A stretch of DNA of 32,000 bases from Halalkalibacterium halodurans (lineage in GTDB: Bacteria; Bacillota; Bacilli; Bacillales; Bacillaceae_D): positions 7,455 to 39,454 of the forward strand of contig NZ_SNUY01000037.1 of the NCBI RefSeq assembly GCF_004376175.1, in the 5' to 3' direction. How positions within the stretch are numbered: the first letter of the stretch is position 1; every line of letters starts with the position of its first letter. Under the pieces are notes generated by a model. That model saw only the letters and a list, made by a program, of their open reading frames with translations. It did not search any database and was not told the origin of the DNA. Positions 8,295-18,042 of this stretch are shown one piece after another. The position numbers and the translations under genes were made by a program.

Positions 8295-8900
8295 ATGATC
8301 AATCAAAAGATGGTTCAATTCGCCCATGCGGTTTATTTTTTCACCGTGTTAAATCTCCTCTGGTTGCTAGGTTCTTTGCTAGGTTTAGGGGTTTTCGGTG
8401 TCATGCCCGCAACGGTCGCCTTGTTTTCTGTCATTCGTGCAAAGTTGAGGGGAGATCAAGAACTTCAGCTCGTGCCTGCCTTTTTCGACGCTTACAAAAC
8501 GGCGTTTGTTCGCTCGAATGTCCTCGGACTTTTCTTTGGATTAGGCTTTTATGTCCTTTATGTGAATGCAGCATTTGCGACTTATTTTTATGAGAAGGAT
8601 GTTCAATTTTTTATTTACCTCGTCGTGTTTTTCTTTGCGGCTATTATGACTTTAGCCTTCATCAATTTATTTTCGATCATGGCTCATTTTGAGATGAAGA
8701 CCATCCAATATGTGAAAGCAGCAATTGGTCTTGTGTTTATTCATCCACTAAAAACGGTGATGCAATTCATTTGGCTCGTCGCCTATGTTTTGCTTGCCAT
8801 CTTTTTACCGAAAGTATTTCTTGTCGTAGGAGTGAGTGTGATTTCCTATGTGTGGATGAGTCAAAATCTCACGACATTTACAAAGAAATATGCTAGTTAA
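8295..8900 (+). CDS. YesL-like (DUF624) integral membrane protein
   Basis: 201-aa hydrophobic ORF. The N-terminal pattern (F..VLNLLWLLGSLLGLGVFGVMPAT.ALFSV.R) and its position after CUT1 permeases match YesL-family proteins. Confidence 0.6.
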   Translation: MINQKMVQFAHAVYFFTVLNLLWLLGSLLGLGVFGVMPATVALFSVIRAKLRGDQELQLVPAFFDAYKTAFVRSNVLGLFFGLGFYVLYVNAAFATYFYEKDVQFFIYLVVFFFAAIMTLAFINLFSIMAHFEMKTIQYVKAAIGLVFIHPLKTVMQFIWLVAYVLLAIFLPKVFLVVGVSVISYVWMSQNLTTFTKKYAS

Positions 8901-8936
8901 GGACAGTATATTGGTCGTGAGTGCCTTACTTTATGA

Positions 8937-8965
8937 TTGACACATATAGAGACGTGAAATAGAAT
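8937..8965 (+). promoter_or_regulatory. SigA-type promoter of the LacI-family regulator gene
   Basis: TTGACA (8937-8942), a 17-nt spacer, then TAGAAT (8960-8965). Confidence 0.6.
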
Positions 8966-8970
8966 GGGTT

Positions 8971-8984
8971 CGAAAGGGTTTTCG
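8971..8984. promoter_or_regulatory. Operator-like site O4 (possible autoregulation)
   Basis: CGAAAGGGTTTTCG lies 6 nt downstream of the -10 box. It shares the CGAAAG...TTT half-sites with O1-O3. Confidence 0.4.
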
Positions 8985-9002
8985 CACAAAAGGAGATCAA
9001 AC

Positions 9003-10010
9003 ATGGCGACCATTTATGATATAGCAAAAAAGACCGGTTATTCCATCACGACTGTCTCAAAAGTGTTGAACAATTATACAGATGTTAGTGACAAAGCAAG
9101 AAAAAAAGTAATGGATGCGGTTACAGAAATGGGGTATTTTCCGAGCTCTAGCGCGCGCATGCTAACGACGAAAAAATCGTGGACGATCGGTGTCGTATTC
9201 GTAGAGAAGGCAGGAGTGGGGATGGAGCATCCTTTCTTTAGCTCGGTGATCGAAAATTTTAAGAAAAATGTCGAACGCTTCGGATATGATTTGTTATTTG
9301 CGTCCAATCAAATTGGTAATGAAGCGAAGACCTATTTAGAGCATTTCCGCTATCGCGGGGTGGACGGGATTGTTGTTGTTTGCTCTTTATTAAATGATCC
9401 TGAAGTCGAAAAACTGATGAAAGCAGACATTCCGTCCGTTGTCATTGACTTAGATAGTAAAGGCTCTAGTGCCGTTTATAGTGATAATGAGTATGGAAGC
9501 GAACTAGCAGTGGATTACTTGGTTAGCTTAGGCCATCGATCAATCGCTCACATCTCCGGTGATCAAGGGCTTTTCGTTGGCGTCCAACGGTTAAAAGGAT
9601 TTAAAGATGCGATTCAAAAACTTAACCTCTCCATTTCTGATGAGTTTATTGTTGATGGTGGCTTTTTTACTTATGAAGGAGGACAGCGAGCGATGGAGGC
9701 CCTTCTTCGTAACCGTGTGCGACCAACCGCTGTTTACGCAGCAGGAGATTTAATGGCTTTAGGAGCGATTGACACGATCCGAAAGCACGGTCTTAGCGTC
9801 CCTGAAGATTTTTCTATTGTCGGTTTTGACGATATTCAGATGATCCGGTATACGGCTCCTGCTTTGACGACGATTCGTCAAAATACAGATCTGATCGGGA
9901 AAACGGCGGCAAATCTTTTGTTGGATCAAATTAATGAAAATGAAAAACAAAGCCTTTCTGTGAAAATTCCCGTCACCCTCATCGAGAGGGATTCATGTCG
10001 AAAGATTTAA
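9003..10010 (+). CDS. LacI-family transcriptional regulator
   Basis: ATG 9003 follows AAGGAG. N-terminal HTH MATIYDIAKKTGYSITTVSKVLNN, followed by a periplasmic-binding-protein-like sugar-binding fold (GHRSIAHISG, IVGFDD). Confidence 0.9.
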   Translation: MATIYDIAKKTGYSITTVSKVLNNYTDVSDKARKKVMDAVTEMGYFPSSSARMLTTKKSWTIGVVFVEKAGVGMEHPFFSSVIENFKKNVERFGYDLLFASNQIGNEAKTYLEHFRYRGVDGIVVVCSLLNDPEVEKLMKADIPSVVIDLDSKGSSAVYSDNEYGSELAVDYLVSLGHRSIAHISGDQGLFVGVQRLKGFKDAIQKLNLSISDEFIVDGGFFTYEGGQRAMEALLRNRVRPTAVYAAGDLMALGAIDTIRKHGLSVPEDFSIVGFDDIQMIRYTAPALTTIRQNTDLIGKTAANLLLDQINENEKQSLSVKIPVTLIERDSCRKI

Positions 10011-10033
10011 GTAGCATACTATTGTTTTATGGA

Positions 10034-10068
10034 GTGAGCATCCACTAGGGTGGTCACTTTTCTTTTTT
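10034..10068 (+). terminator. Rho-independent terminator candidate
   Basis: GTGA(GCAT)CCAC-TAGG-GTGGTCAC forms an imperfect stem, followed by TTTTCTTTTTT (10058-10068). Confidence 0.5.
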
Positions 10069-10233
10069 GCGCTGTAAGAACATACAGGCATGGAGCATGT
10101 AGCAAGCAGGAGTTTTTAACCATCCCCTTCTCTATGGAATTCGCCTTTTTTCATAGAGAAGGAACAAACATCTTTACGCTTGTCTCCCTCCAATCATAGA
10201 TTGTTAAAACCACGGATGATAGGAGGAATTAAG

Positions 10234-11567
10234 ATGTTTGGATATTCCATGGTACAGACTGTCCGCTCCAATGCTCATAAATTAGATAAACCGTTGAGAG
10301 AACAAATGCTGAGCATGTATAAACCATTTAAATGGACACCATGCTTCTTTCACAGCGTTTTTGAAAAAATGTTGCTGAAACGTAAAACCTATTCGGTGAT
10401 TGTTGAATTGAATCAAGGGTGTTTTGATCAAGGCTCCATGACGGTGGAGCATGTGTTGAAAAAGCATCAAAAGTGTCAGCTTCGCCATTCATTCTCGAAA
10501 ATCCGCTGTGTTAGCGCCAACGTCACGCCAGAGTCATTGCAAGAGATGCTCGTGTGCAAAGATATTCGAAAAATCTATTTAAATCGAGAGGTTCATGCAC
10601 TGCTTGATACAGCAGTTGAATCTGCTCAAGCATTTGAAGTGATTCGCAACGGGGAAACGTTAACTGGAAAAGACGTGACGATTGCTGTCATCGATACAGG
10701 AATCTATCCCCATGAAGACTTAGAAGGTAGAATTAAAGCTTTTGTTGATTTTGTCAACCAACGGGAAGAGCCATACGATGACAATGGTCACGGAACTCAT
10801 TGCGCTGGAGACGTAGCAGGTAACGGAGCAAGCTCTGATGGTCAGTATCGCGGCCCAGCCCCAGAAGCTAATGTCATTGGTGTAAAAGTTTTAAATAAGC
10901 AAGGAATGGGATCTCTTGAATCGATTATGCAAGGAGTGGAGTGGTGTATTCAATATAACGAAGAACACCCAGACGATCCGATTCATATCATCAGCATGTC
11001 TCTAGGTGGCAAGCTCTTCCGTACGAAAACGAGCAGGAAGATCCGATGGTTCGCATTGTGGAAGAGGCGTGGAACGCTGGGATTACTGTATGTGTCGCTG
11101 CTGGAAATAGCGGTCCAGATGCACAGACGATCGCCAGTCCTGGAGTGAGTGAAAAGGTGATCACAGTCGGTGCCCTTGATGACCGAGATACAACCGATCG
11201 AGAGGATGATGATGTTGCCCCATTTTCAAGTAGAGGCCCTACGATTTACGGTAAACCTAAGCCGGACATTCTCGCGCCAGGTGTGAACATCGTATCGCTT
11301 CGGTCACCAAATTCATTTTATGACAAAATTCAAAAAGGAAGTCGTGTCGGCTCCCACTATACGATGATGTCAGGTACATCGATGGCGACACCCGTTTGTG
11401 CAGGAGTTGTGGCACTTATGCTTCAACATGAGCCAAACTTAACACCTGATGAAGTGAAAACGAGGCTAATGGAAGGTACGGATCGTTGGGCGGATAGGGA
11501 TCCAAACGTATACGGAGCAGGATATATTTCAGCAGAGGGTGCGATTCCGAACAGCGAAGAAGAATAG
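10234..11567 (+). pseudogene. aprX: Subtilisin-family (S8) serine protease AprX, interrupted by a 1-nt frameshift near 11011
   Basis: ATG 10234 follows AGGAGG. The N-terminus MFGYSMVQTVRSNAHKLDKPLRE...YKPFKWTPCFFH matches my recollection of B. subtilis AprX. Catalytic D (AVIDTGI), H (HGTHCAG) and S (SGTSMATP) are all present. After SMSLGG (ends 11010) the frame changes from frame 1 to frame 0, where ALPYENEQEDPMVRIVEEAWNAGI continues the alignment. Confidence 0.85.
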
Positions 11568-11683
11568 AGAGTAAAAAAGATCTTAAAAATGGCAAACATT
11601 CATCTAAAAATAAGCACCGATTATCCCTTCCAGATCGATTACAATATTTTTAAAAGTCAGCGATAGAACGGAAGGGGAAAATC

Positions 11684-12598
11684 GTGAAACATTCACTGTC
11701 GATCATTTTTATATTAATAGCCGCTATGATGTGGGGGACAACCGGTACGGCTCAAGTATTTGCTCCGGCTGAGGCCCATCCGATTATCATTGGAGCAAGT
11801 CGACTTGCTGTCGGGGGACTGGCGTTATTTATATTCGTGATGGCCCAGAGAAAATTCCAGCTTCGAGGATGGCCAGTCCTCCCTACTTTTATCGCAGCTC
11901 TTAGCATGGCTGCGTATCAGCCCTTTTTCTTTTCAGCCGTGTCGATCACCGGTGTTGCCGTTGGAACAGTGGTGGCAATTGGGAGCGCGCCGATCATTGC
12001 CGGGTTACTCGATTGGGTAATCCAGCGCAAACCTCCTGGTCCGACATGGGGAATCGCCACCATTTTAGCAATCGCCGGCTGTCTTCTATTGACACTGCCA
12101 GGCGAAGAGGTGACAGTCTCACCGGTAGGATTCTTACTAGCCATCGGGGCTGGATTGTCCTTTGCTGTTTATACGGCTGCAAGTAAGAAGCTTCTTCAAC
12201 AGCAACCGTCTGAAGCGGTAGTCGCTGTTGTCTTTTCCTTAAGCGCACTCTTTTTAGTGCCACTCTTTTTTCTCTACGATTTATCTTGGCTCACAGAGTT
12301 TCGCGGAATTATCGTTGTGCTTCATCTCGGAATCGTCGCTACAGCGATCGCTTATTTACTCTTTACCCGCGGGTTGACAGGCGTTGCATCATCAACTGCC
12401 GTTACTCTCGCATTAGCAGAACCACTCACTGCAGCTTTACTTGGTGTATTTCTTGTCGGTGAAGCTTTATCCTTTATCGCGTGGGGAGGAGTATTACTGC
12501 TGTTACTCGGATTAGCTGTTTTAACCGGTTTTACTGGGGCTAAGACTCCTTCTACACGATTTTTGAGAAACAAGAAAGACAAAGTAAACGTTGAATGA
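11684..12598 (+). CDS. EamA/DMT-family transporter (10-TM)
   Basis: GTG start follows GGAAGGGG. The protein is highly hydrophobic, about 300 aa, with duplicated EamA-like halves. Confidence 0.8.
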   Translation: MKHSLSIIFILIAAMMWGTTGTAQVFAPAEAHPIIIGASRLAVGGLALFIFVMAQRKFQLRGWPVLPTFIAALSMAAYQPFFFSAVSITGVAVGTVVAIGSAPIIAGLLDWVIQRKPPGPTWGIATILAIAGCLLLTLPGEEVTVSPVGFLLAIGAGLSFAVYTAASKKLLQQQPSEAVVAVVFSLSALFLVPLFFLYDLSWLTEFRGIIVVLHLGIVATAIAYLLFTRGLTGVASSTAVTLALAEPLTAALLGVFLVGEALSFIAWGGVLLLLLGLAVLTGFTGAKTPSTRFLRNKKDKVNVE

Positions 12599-12670
12599 AG
12601 AACAGAGTAAGAACATCAACGTTTGTGTCAAAAGCATTGTGTTGGCCTCAAATCCATTATGTTCTATAAC

Positions 12671-12701
12671 CACAATGAAGGGTCCTTCACTGTGTTTTTT
12701 T
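12671..12701 (+). terminator. Rho-independent terminator
   Basis: CACAATGAAGG (12671-12681) pairs with CCTTCACTGTG (12684-12694), one mismatch. T7 follows (12695-12701). Confidence 0.7.
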
Positions 12702-12869
12702 ACAGTTCGTGAATGCAATTAATCAAAATACTGAATGGGAATGTCGACAAAAAATATGAAAGCCCTTACAAAGAAAAAAAGGAATTGATCACCGGCTGTC
12801 GTATTTGTCAATAGCCGCAAGATCTAACGCGATTTTCTGTCATTTATTTTTTGGAAGGGGCTGACGAAT

Positions 12870-14486
12870 ATGATGAACTCACCACTTTTACTCTCTCATT
12901 TTATTGAACGAGCAGAACGTTATTTTCCTACAAAACAAGTCATTAGCCGAACGCTTAACGGAAAAAAGAGCTTAACGTATCAGCAAATTGGGGAACGAAC
13001 GAGAAGATTGGCATCGGCTCTGGCCCAATTTGGCATTAAGAAAGGAGATCGAATAGGGACCTTTGCATGGAACACACATCGACATTTGGAGGCGTATTTC
13101 GCCATACCAGGGATTGGCGCCGTGCTCCATACGATTAATTTACGTCTCTCTCAAGATCATATTGCCTATGTGATCAACCATGCCGAAGACCGGGTGCTTT
13201 TCGTCGATGCAGATGTTTGGCCGCTCATTGCCCAGCTCCGTGATCAACTCTCGTCAGTTGAAGCGTTTGTTTTGATGTCTGATGGTGAGCTTCCGGAAGT
13301 CGATTGGCCGAATGTTTTCTCGTATGAAGAGTTCATCGCGAAAGGGGACCCTTCCTTCGAGTTTGTTCAGTCGATCGATGAGACATCTCCGGCAGGAATT
13401 TGCTACACCTCAGCTACAACTGGAAAACCAAAAGGGGTTGTTTACAGCCATCGGGGAATTTATTTGCACAGCATGGCATTAGGACTTGCTGATACCGCAG
13501 GATTGTCAGAAAAAGACGTGCTCATGCCAGTCGTCCCTATGTTCCATGTAAATGCGTGGGGTCTCCCTTTTGCTGCGACTTGGTTTGGCACAACACAGGT
13601 GATGCCAGGCCCTCAGTTTACGCCACAAGTGCTGGCAGAGCTAATCGATGAAGAAAAGGTAACACTTGCGGCAGGAGTGCCAACGATTTGGTTAGGTCTC
13701 CTGAGAGAGCTAGAGACGGGAGTTTATCAAACAGAGCATCTCCGTGCCATCTTATGCGGAGGGTCTGCCGCACCAGCAGCCATGATTCAAACCTTTGAGC
13801 AAAAGTACAACGTTCCATTTCTTCATGCTTATGGAATGACAGAAACCAGTCCTCTTGTGACAGTTTCGATGGTAAAAAGCTATCAAGCTGATTTGAATGA
13901 AGAGGAAACGTTAGAATTACGGGCAAAGCAAGGGTTAGTTGTCCCAGGATTGGAGGTGAAGGTCGTTGGGCCTAATGGGGAGGTTAAACCTGATGGGGCG
14001 GAAATGGGCGAGCTTCTCATCCGTGGACCTTGGATTGCCGACCACTATTATAAGGCAGAGGAGGCATCAGATGCTTTTGCCGATGGATGGCTCCATACAG
14101 GGGATGTGGCGACGATTGATGAAGAAGGATTCATTAAGCTTGTGGATCGAACGAAGGATTTAATTAAGAGTGGGGGCGAATGGATTTCTTCTGTTGATTT
14201 AGAAAATGCGATCATGGCCCATAAGGATGTTTTTGAAGCAGCAGTCGTTAGCGTCCCTGATCCGAAATGGCAAGAACGCCCAGTTGCATGTGTCGTGCTA
14301 AAAGATCCAAATAAAGGGTCGGTAGCTGAAGCAGATATTCGTCGCTTTCTAGAAGGGAAGTTTCCATCTTGGTGGCTTCCAGACCGGGTGATCTTTATGG
14401 ATGAGCTACCAAAAACATCGGTCGGGAAATTTTTGAAACGGGCTCTCCGTGAGCAAGTAAAAGAACAAATGGAAGCCAATAGGTAA
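12870..14486 (+). CDS. AMP-dependent acyl-CoA synthetase/ligase (fatty-acid--CoA ligase-like)
   Basis: AMP-binding signature YTSATTGKPKGV; YGMTET; GWLHTGD; C-terminal PKTSVGK. Confidence 0.88.
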   Translation: MMNSPLLLSHFIERAERYFPTKQVISRTLNGKKSLTYQQIGERTRRLASALAQFGIKKGDRIGTFAWNTHRHLEAYFAIPGIGAVLHTINLRLSQDHIAYVINHAEDRVLFVDADVWPLIAQLRDQLSSVEAFVLMSDGELPEVDWPNVFSYEEFIAKGDPSFEFVQSIDETSPAGICYTSATTGKPKGVVYSHRGIYLHSMALGLADTAGLSEKDVLMPVVPMFHVNAWGLPFAATWFGTTQVMPGPQFTPQVLAELIDEEKVTLAAGVPTIWLGLLRELETGVYQTEHLRAILCGGSAAPAAMIQTFEQKYNVPFLHAYGMTETSPLVTVSMVKSYQADLNEEETLELRAKQGLVVPGLEVKVVGPNGEVKPDGAEMGELLIRGPWIADHYYKAEEASDAFADGWLHTGDVATIDEEGFIKLVDRTKDLIKSGGEWISSVDLENAIMAHKDVFEAAVVSVPDPKWQERPVACVVLKDPNKGSVAEADIRRFLEGKFPSWWLPDRVIFMDELPKTSVGKFLKRALREQVKEQMEANR

Positions 14487-14580
14487 CAATGCGTCCTAAT
14501 GGGTCTATTTTCCTAAAAAGACAACAATGTCTTTCCCTTTTCGCTCAGTTTCTTTATAATGAAACTCGAACTTAATAGAA

Positions 14581-14680
14581 ATAACTAGGGGAGTCCAATG
14601 AGCTGGGCTGAGAAAAAAACGCGATGAAGTTTTTAAACCCTCGGGACCTGATCTGGATCATACCAGCGTGGGGAAGTTAT
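14581..14680 (+). promoter_or_regulatory. TPP (THI-box) riboswitch
   Basis: P1 pairs ATAACT (14581-86) with AGTTAT (14675-80). Conserved AGGGGAG, CTGAGA, ACCC and ACCTGATCTGGATCATACCAGCGTGGGGAAG are present. It lies upstream of thiC. A possible -10 box TATAAT is at 14555-14560. Confidence 0.92.
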
Positions 14681-14708
14681 CATGTTATACCACACGAATG
14701 TATTTTAT

Positions 14709-14751
14709 GCCAGGGTCCGTCTGAATGACGAAAACCCTGGCTTATTTTATT
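14709..14751 (+). terminator. Riboswitch expression-platform terminator
   Basis: GCCAGGGT (14709-16) pairs with ACCCTGGC (14734-41). TTATTTTATT follows. Confidence 0.7.
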
Positions 14752-14803
14752 AAAAAAATACACTCCTATTCCCACCTTTTATGGATTCAGAATCTTGTCC
14801 TGA

Positions 14804-16618
<1,815 letters not shown>

Positions 16619-16630
16619 GGAGGGATCATC

Positions 16631-16798
16631 CTGGTTATTCAAGAGCTACGAAAAAAGCTGGAGCAATTAAAAGACGAAACAACTCGGATCGAAAAGGAGA
16701 TCAAGCAGCATGAAATGAGCTGTGAGCACCATTTTCAAAAAGGCCCTACCTATCAAACGTGCGAAAAGTGTGGAAAAATAGAGCCCCTCTACTATTAA
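16631..16798 (+). CDS. Possible 55-aa coiled-coil/Cys-His small protein with a non-AUG (CTG) start
   Basis: The frame opens immediately after the thiC TAA, in the same frame. SD AAGGAGGG (16617-24) lies 7 nt before CTG 16631. Product: (M)VIQELRKKLEQLKDETTRIEKEIKQHEMSCEHHFQKGPTYQTCEKCGKIEPLYY. It is too short to appear on the ORF track. Confidence 0.3.
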   Translation: MVIQELRKKLEQLKDETTRIEKEIKQHEMSCEHHFQKGPTYQTCEKCGKIEPLYY

Positions 16799-16805
16799 AG
16801 TGGAA

Positions 16806-17587
16806 GGGGCTGTCCCAAAAGCACCTTAAAACATAAAATCGGGAGAACCGTTTGATGCGGTTCTCCCGATTTTTGTGTTGATTTGTGTTCTTTGGTTCCT
16901 TCGAGCGACGATCCACCGTCGCTCGTTTCCTTAGGTTGTGGGCAAGAGCCGCAAGCTCGAACTCGATGTGCACGCTTTCCTTACCACGAAGATGTAGCCT
17001 TCGGAAGCCGAGGTTTTGTTTAACATGACCAAATACGCTCTCCACATCCGTTTTTCTTTTTTGGTAGAGCGTTCGGCCTTTTTCGCTTTTCAGTTTTTGA
17101 TGTTGCTTCGCTTTCAGTTCCTCATACACCGGGTTGTAGTGTACCTGTCGATTTCCCCGGGCCTTCGTACACTCCGGCTTAAACGGACATCCTTCACATG
17201 ATTCAGACTCATAGACTTTAAAATCCCGTGCATACCCATACGGATCGGTCCGCTTGGTGTATCGTTTAAAAGAGACTTTCCGCTGATTGGGCACCAGTAC
17301 ACATCGTCCGTCTCATCATACCTCCAGTTGTAGGGATGAAAGCGTTTCTTCTCAAAGGAACGTTTCTGTTCTTGGCGGAATGTATGGGAGGGAATGAGCG
17401 TCTCAAACGGTTCGTCTGCCATCGCCACGTCATTAGATTCACTCCCATAGCCCGCATCGGCAATCAATGTCTTCGGAAGAGGAAGTCCAAGCACAAGTTG
17501 ATTCATGGTATACGGCTGATAAGTAGCCGTTTGGTTACGCAAAAAAATCGCCTTCTTTCGTTTGAATTTTGGTAGTGGTACCTTCAT
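16806..17587 (-). pseudogene. IS1182-family DDE transposase, N-terminally truncated and frameshifted
   Basis: Two overlapping minus-strand frames. The first gives ...LIADAGYGSESN...FHPYNWRYDETDDVYWCP. The second gives NQRKVSFKRYTKRTDPYGY...YESESCEGCPFKPECTKARGNRQV...VESVFGHVKQNLGFRRLHLRGKESV...ALAHNLRK. The frameshift sits at the CCC/GGG run about 17289-17291. No N-terminal half is present. Confidence 0.75.
16838..16874. terminator. Strong bidirectional rho-independent terminator (inside the IS remnant)
   Basis: ATCGGGAGAACCG (16838-50) pairs with CGGTTCTCCCGAT (16858-70) as a perfect 13-bp stem with a 7-nt loop. TTTT follows on the + strand and a T-rich tract follows on the - strand. Confidence 0.75.
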
Positions 17588-17636
17588 TTTAAACGATGGG
17601 GCGATTTTTTTGTATGTTCTTTCGCGCGTTAGATAA

Positions 17637-17757
17637 GGGGAGTCGAACGAGCGACAGGCGGCGACTCCTGCGGGAAAAGCAACAGCGGAAGATCGCCGAG
17701 AGTGGGGTTCTCGAGGAAGCTGGAGCGTTGCCCGCGGAAAGCGTCCGCCAAGTCGCG
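17637..17757. repeat. GC-rich structured intergenic element with nested inverted repeats
   Basis: Visibly much more GC-rich than its flanks. Nested pairings: GCGAC 17651-55 / GTCGC 17752-56; GGCGG 17657-61 / CCGCC 17745-49; GCGGG 17670-74 / CCCGC 17731-35; CGAGA 17697-701 / TCTCG 17709-13. It also contains the direct repeats GCGGGAAAAGC and GCGGAAAGC. Confidence 0.45.
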
Positions 17758-17777
17758 ATTTAGAACAAATCAGAAAA

Positions 17778-17816
17778 GCTGCCTCAAAAGATAGACTTTT
17801 GAGACAGCTCCTTTTT
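17778..17816. terminator. Terminator-like hairpin formed by the IS end repeat and an inward copy
   Basis: GCTGCCTCAAAAG (17778-90) pairs with CTTTTGAGACAGC (17796-808), 13 bp with one mismatch and a 5-nt loop. T5 follows at 17812-16. T-rich sequence also follows on the opposite strand. Confidence 0.55.
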
Positions 17817-18042
17817 AACTAGTAGTGAAAAGGCTTTAATGATAGGACTTCGCTTCAATTTATAGATATAACGGATTTTTATGAAGAGAACGGACATTCA
17901 TTACTCGGTTTGTGTTTCGGTTGCTTTTTTAACATAGAGAGGCCTATTCATCATGCATATTTTTCCCTAGATGGCAAAGGTTAAGTTTATAAAGATGACT
18001 TAGATTGCTTCAATGATACTTTAAATGGGGAGAGAGATCGCG

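Larger units (their letters stand above)
16804..17813 (-). mobile_element. Internally deleted IS1182-family insertion sequence remnant bounded by 18-nt imperfect inverted repeats
   Basis: AAGGGGCTGTCCCAAAAG (16804-16821) matches the reverse complement of 17796-17813 (AAGGAGCTGTCTCAAAAG) at 16/18 positions. The enclosed transposase is a C-terminal half only, and the about 1.0 kb span is too short for an intact element. Confidence 0.6.

Noticed and set aside
14048-14479. 143-aa ORF on the - strand
   Set aside because: It is antisense inside the acyl-CoA ligase gene, Ser-rich, and has no SD or family resemblance.
16746-16805. C-terminal tail of the ORF-track transposase ORF extending past the IS inverted repeat
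   Set aside because: This is read-through of the remnant's frame into flanking DNA that overlaps the 3' end of the small + strand ORF. It is not part of the transposase.
17820-18042. Search for a SigG/SigF-type forespore promoter upstream of the ger operon
   Set aside because: I found only loose matches (a GCATA at about 17963 and CAATGATA at about 18010) with wrong spacing, and I cannot support a call.
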